Source: an uncultured Acidobacteriota bacterium
GTDB taxonomy: Bacteria; Acidobacteriota; Vicinamibacteria; Vicinamibacterales; SCN-69-37
Assembly: GCA_963739035.1 (NCBI GenBank)
Contig: CAVTYZ010000022.1
Span: 57,334-121,333, forward strand
DNA length: 64,000 nucleotides
Reading direction: 5' to 3'
This document shows positions 61,423 through 64,000 of the stretch, in pieces. Made by a program: the position numbers and the translations under genes. The notes under the pieces were generated by a model that saw nothing but the letters and a program-made list of their open reading frames with translations, ran no database searches and was not told the origin of the DNA. Each line of letters opens with the position of its first letter. Within the stretch, counting starts at the first letter, position 1.

Positions 61423-63105
61423 TTGTCCATTGAAGAAAAGTACGACGAAATTCGGCAGCTGATCACAATCGGCAAGGAGAAGGGGTACCTCCTCTACGAC
61501 GAAGTCAACGAGCTGCTCCCCGCCGACATCACGTCGTCGGAGGAGCTCGACGACCTGTTCAGCACGTTCGGCAGCGCCGGCATCGAGGTCGTCGATTCCG
61601 AGAAGAGCTACCGCGACGACAAGCTGCAGGGCGAGGGCGGCGAGGAAGGCGACCTCGACCTCACGCCGGGCGCGCTCGACAAGACGAACGACCCGGTCCG
61701 CATGTACCTGCGCGAGATGGGCACCGTGCCCCTCCTCACCCGCGAGGGCGAGGTCGCGATCGCGAAGCGGATCGAGCAGGGCAAGCTGGCCGTGATCAAG
61801 TCCATCTCGCGCACGCCGAAGGTGACGCAGGAAGTCATCGAGATGGGCGAACAGCTTCGCCGCGGCGAGCGTACCGTCCGCGAGCTCGTGGTCTTCAACG
61901 AGGAAGAGATCACCGACGAGAAGATTGCCGCGCGCCAGCGCGAGTTCCTCAAGCAGGTGGACCGCGTCAAGGTGCAGACCGACGCCGTCGTCAAGCTGGA
62001 ACAGAAGTACGGCGACGTTCCGAAGGCCGAGAAGCGGAAATACCGGAAGGCCCGCTGGAAGATCCTGCGCGCCCAGGTCGAACAGTCCCGCTACATCCGG
62101 AAGATTGAGTTCACCGAGATGGTCAAGCGCCGCCTGATCGACGGCATGAAGAATGCCGTCGAGGACATCCAGGCCCGCCAGCGCGACATCCGGCACATCG
62201 ACCAGCGGCTCGAGCCCAAGGGCAAGCGGAAGATCCGCGAGGAGGAGAAGAAGATCCTCCTCAAGCACAAGGACGAGCTGCGCAAGGAAATCCGCGGGAT
62301 GGCCTTGAAGCTCGAGCAGCCGGTCGAAGAGCTGACGAGCACGCTTCGGACGATCCTCGAAGGCGAAGCCCAGGCCGAGCAGGCGAAGAAGGAACTCGTC
62401 GAGGCCAACCTCCGGCTCGTCGTCTCCATCGCGAAGAAGTACACGAACCGCGGGCTCCAGTTCCTCGACCTGATTCAGGAAGGCAACATCGGCCTGATGA
62501 AGGCGGTGGACAAATTCGAGTACCGCCGCGGCTACAAGTTCTCGACCTACGCCACGTGGTGGATCCGCCAGGCCATCACGCGGGCGATCGCGGATCAGGC
62601 GCGGACGATCCGCATCCCGGTCCACATGATCGAGACCATCAACAAGCTGATCCGCACGTCGCGCGCGCTCGTGCAGGAGCTCGGCCGCGAGCCCACCTCG
62701 GAGGAGATCGCGCAGCGGATGGACATTCCGGTCTCGAAGGTCCGGAAGGTCCTCAAGATCGCGCAGGAACCCATCTCGCTCGAAACACCGATCGGCGAGG
62801 AGGAAGATTCGCATCTTGGCGATTTCATCCCCGACACGAACGTCGTGTCGCCGTCGGAGGCCGTCATCAACCTGAACCTGAAGGAACAGACCGACGACGT
62901 GCTGAAGACGCTGACGCCGCGCGAAGAGCGGGTCATCAAGATGCGCTTCGGGGTCGGCGAGGGATCCGAGCACACGCTCGAAGAGGTCGGCCAGAGCTTC
63001 GCGGTCACGCGCGAGCGTATCCGCCAGATCGAGGCGAAGGCACTGCGCAAGCTCCGACATCCGTCTCGAAGTCGCAGGCTGCGCCCATTCCTGGAAGGCA
63101 GATAG
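61423..63105 (+). CDS. rpoD: Primary sigma factor sigma70
   Basis: [57 protein letters not shown]; TTG start after AGGAG. Confidence 0.98.
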   Translation: MSIEEKYDEIRQLITIGKEKGYLLYDEVNELLPADITSSEELDDLFSTFGSAGIEVVDSEKSYRDDKLQGEGGEEGDLDLTPGALDKTNDPVRMYLREMGTVPLLTREGEVAIAKRIEQGKLAVIKSISRTPKVTQEVIEMGEQLRRGERTVRELVVFNEEEITDEKIAARQREFLKQVDRVKVQTDAVVKLEQKYGDVPKAEKRKYRKARWKILRAQVEQSRYIRKIEFTEMVKRRLIDGMKNAVEDIQARQRDIRHIDQRLEPKGKRKIREEEKKILLKHKDELRKEIRGMALKLEQPVEELTSTLRTILEGEAQAEQAKKELVEANLRLVVSIAKKYTNRGLQFLDLIQEGNIGLMKAVDKFEYRRGYKFSTYATWWIRQAITRAIADQARTIRIPVHMIETINKLIRTSRALVQELGREPTSEEIAQRMDIPVSKVRKVLKIAQEPISLETPIGEEEDSHLGDFIPDTNVVSPSEAVINLNLKEQTDDVLKTLTPREERVIKMRFGVGEGSEHTLEEVGQSFAVTRERIRQIEAKALRKLRHPSRSRRLRPFLEGR

Positions 63106-63119
63106 GCGGAGCTTGCGCA

Positions 63120-63216
63120 AGTTAGAAGTGAGAAGCCAGAAGTTCGAAGTTGCTGACGGCGTGATACGGTGAGCGCCCAGTAATTTCTGACTTCTGACTT
63201 CTAACTTCGAACTTGC
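63120..63216. repeat. Heptamer-periodic inverted repeat between rpoD and the tRNA
   Basis: ttagaag tgagaag ccagaag ttcgaag, spacer, ttctgac ttctgac ttctaac ttcgaac. Confidence 0.88.
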
Positions 63217-63233
63217 TGTCGAAGTACCCCTGA

Positions 63234-63309
63234 GGGCCCCTAGCTCAGCGGTTAGAGCTGCCGGCTCATAACCGGTTGGTCCCAGGTTCGAATCCTGGGG
63301 GGCCCACCA
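63234..63309 (+). tRNA. tRNA with CAT anticodon, most likely tRNA-Ile2
   Basis: GGGCCCC TAGCTCAGCGGTTAGAGC, anticodon arm GCCGG-CTCATAA-CCGGT, GGTTCGAATCC, ends GGGGCCCACCA. Ile2 rather than Met is inferred from the acceptor stem and the position after rpoD. Confidence 0.93.
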
Positions 63310-63349
63310 ACCGAAGCTCGCGAGCGCAGAGCGGCTCGCGAGCTTGGCT

Positions 63350-63500
63350 GGAAGGCAGAGGCAAGGCGAGAGGGCAAAGGAGAAAGACATACGTGCAGCC
63401 AAAGGTGCGAAACGCGTGATCGGACTTCTCCCTCTGACCTTTCCCTTTCCCTTTTCCCTTTTCCCTCTCCTTTGCCCTCTGCCCTTTGCCCTCTGCCCTG
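63350..63500. repeat. Purine/pyrimidine heptamer-periodic inverted repeat
   Basis: Left ggcagag/ggcaag/ggcgaga/ggcaaag; right ccctttt/ccctctc/ccctctg/ccctttg/ccctctg. Confidence 0.8.
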
Positions 63501-63519
63501 TCGTCGGGTCTGCTCGTCA

Positions 63520-64000
63520 ATGATTCCCCAGCTCGCCGCGCTGATCGCACTGCAACAACTCGACACCGCCGCCGAGGCGGCTCGTCGGCGGCTCGGTGAG
63601 CTGCCGGGCGCGGAACAGGCACTCGACGCCGGCGTCGCCGCCGCCTCGCAGAGCGTGGACACCGCGAAGGCGCGGCTCGCGGAGAACCAACACGCGCGCC
63701 GCGAGCTCGAGAAGCAGGTCGCGGTCGTGGACGGCCGATTGTCGCGCTTCGAAGACCACAAGGCGGCCGTCAAGACCAACCAGGAATTCACGGCGCTCCT
63801 CCACGAGATCACGACCGCCAAGGGCGAGAAAGATGCCGTCGAAGAGCAGATTCTCGTCCTGCTCGAGGCCGCCGACGTCATCACGGCGGAGATCAAGGCC
63901 GCCGAGAAGGCGCTCACGGAAGCGCGTCGGGACGCGGAGACCAGCAAGGCCGCTCTGAACGCCGAGCGCCACGCCCTGGATACGGAACTGGCGCGCCTGA
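63520..64000 (+). CDS. Coiled-coil protein of the C4 zinc-ribbon (DUF164-type) family, partial
   Basis: Not in ORF track: MIPQLAALIALQQLDT...VKTNQEFTALLHEI...EEQILVLLE, open to the window end; the zinc ribbon itself is outside the window. Confidence 0.8.
   Translation, partial: MIPQLAALIALQQLDTAAEAARRRLGELPGAEQALDAGVAAASQSVDTAKARLAENQHARRELEKQVAVVDGRLSRFEDHKAAVKTNQEFTALLHEITTAKGEKDAVEEQILVLLEAADVITAEIKAAEKALTEARRDAETSKAALNAERHALDTELARL

Noticed and set aside
63234-63520. tRNA as an integration site for a mobile element
   Set aside because: No integrase and no duplicated tRNA 3' end in the window; a housekeeping-type gene follows.

Overview
GC-rich bacterial chromosome segment, inferred to be Acidobacteriota (probably Vicinamibacterales-like) from protein style and gene order. 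It is mostly housekeeping: lon (partial), a DksA/TraR-family gene, rpmB, rel, tonB-exbB-exbD-exbD, hppA, tgt-yajC-secD-secF-uppP, ddl, accD-folC-lptD-rfbB, htpX, tag, ggt, thiC with a TPP riboswitch, rlmI-like, glyA, dinG, yggS/yggU, lepA-lepB, gltA, larB and mutS2-dnaG-rpoD-tRNA(CAT). About 29 genes are broken by apparent single-base indels, most simply unpolished long-read errors, so many coordinates below are stitched across frames. I see no transposase, integrase, prophage or CRISPR array. The features most worth a second look are: (1) an unannotated transcription unit at 17.6-18.1 kb with a sigma70 promoter, a ~340-nt hairpin-rich leader containing an internal terminator, a 17-aa Lys-rich micro-ORF and a final terminator; (2) an apparently circularly permuted PafA/NPP-type alkaline phosphatase; (3) a dispersed family of intergenic 7-bp-periodic, often palindromic repeats; (4) a sigma54-driven 68-aa protein that is almost only a signal peptide plus a PEP-CTERM-like sorting tail, in a small accessory cluster; (5) many probable leaderless genes. 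All family calls are from motif recognition by eye; no database searches were run.
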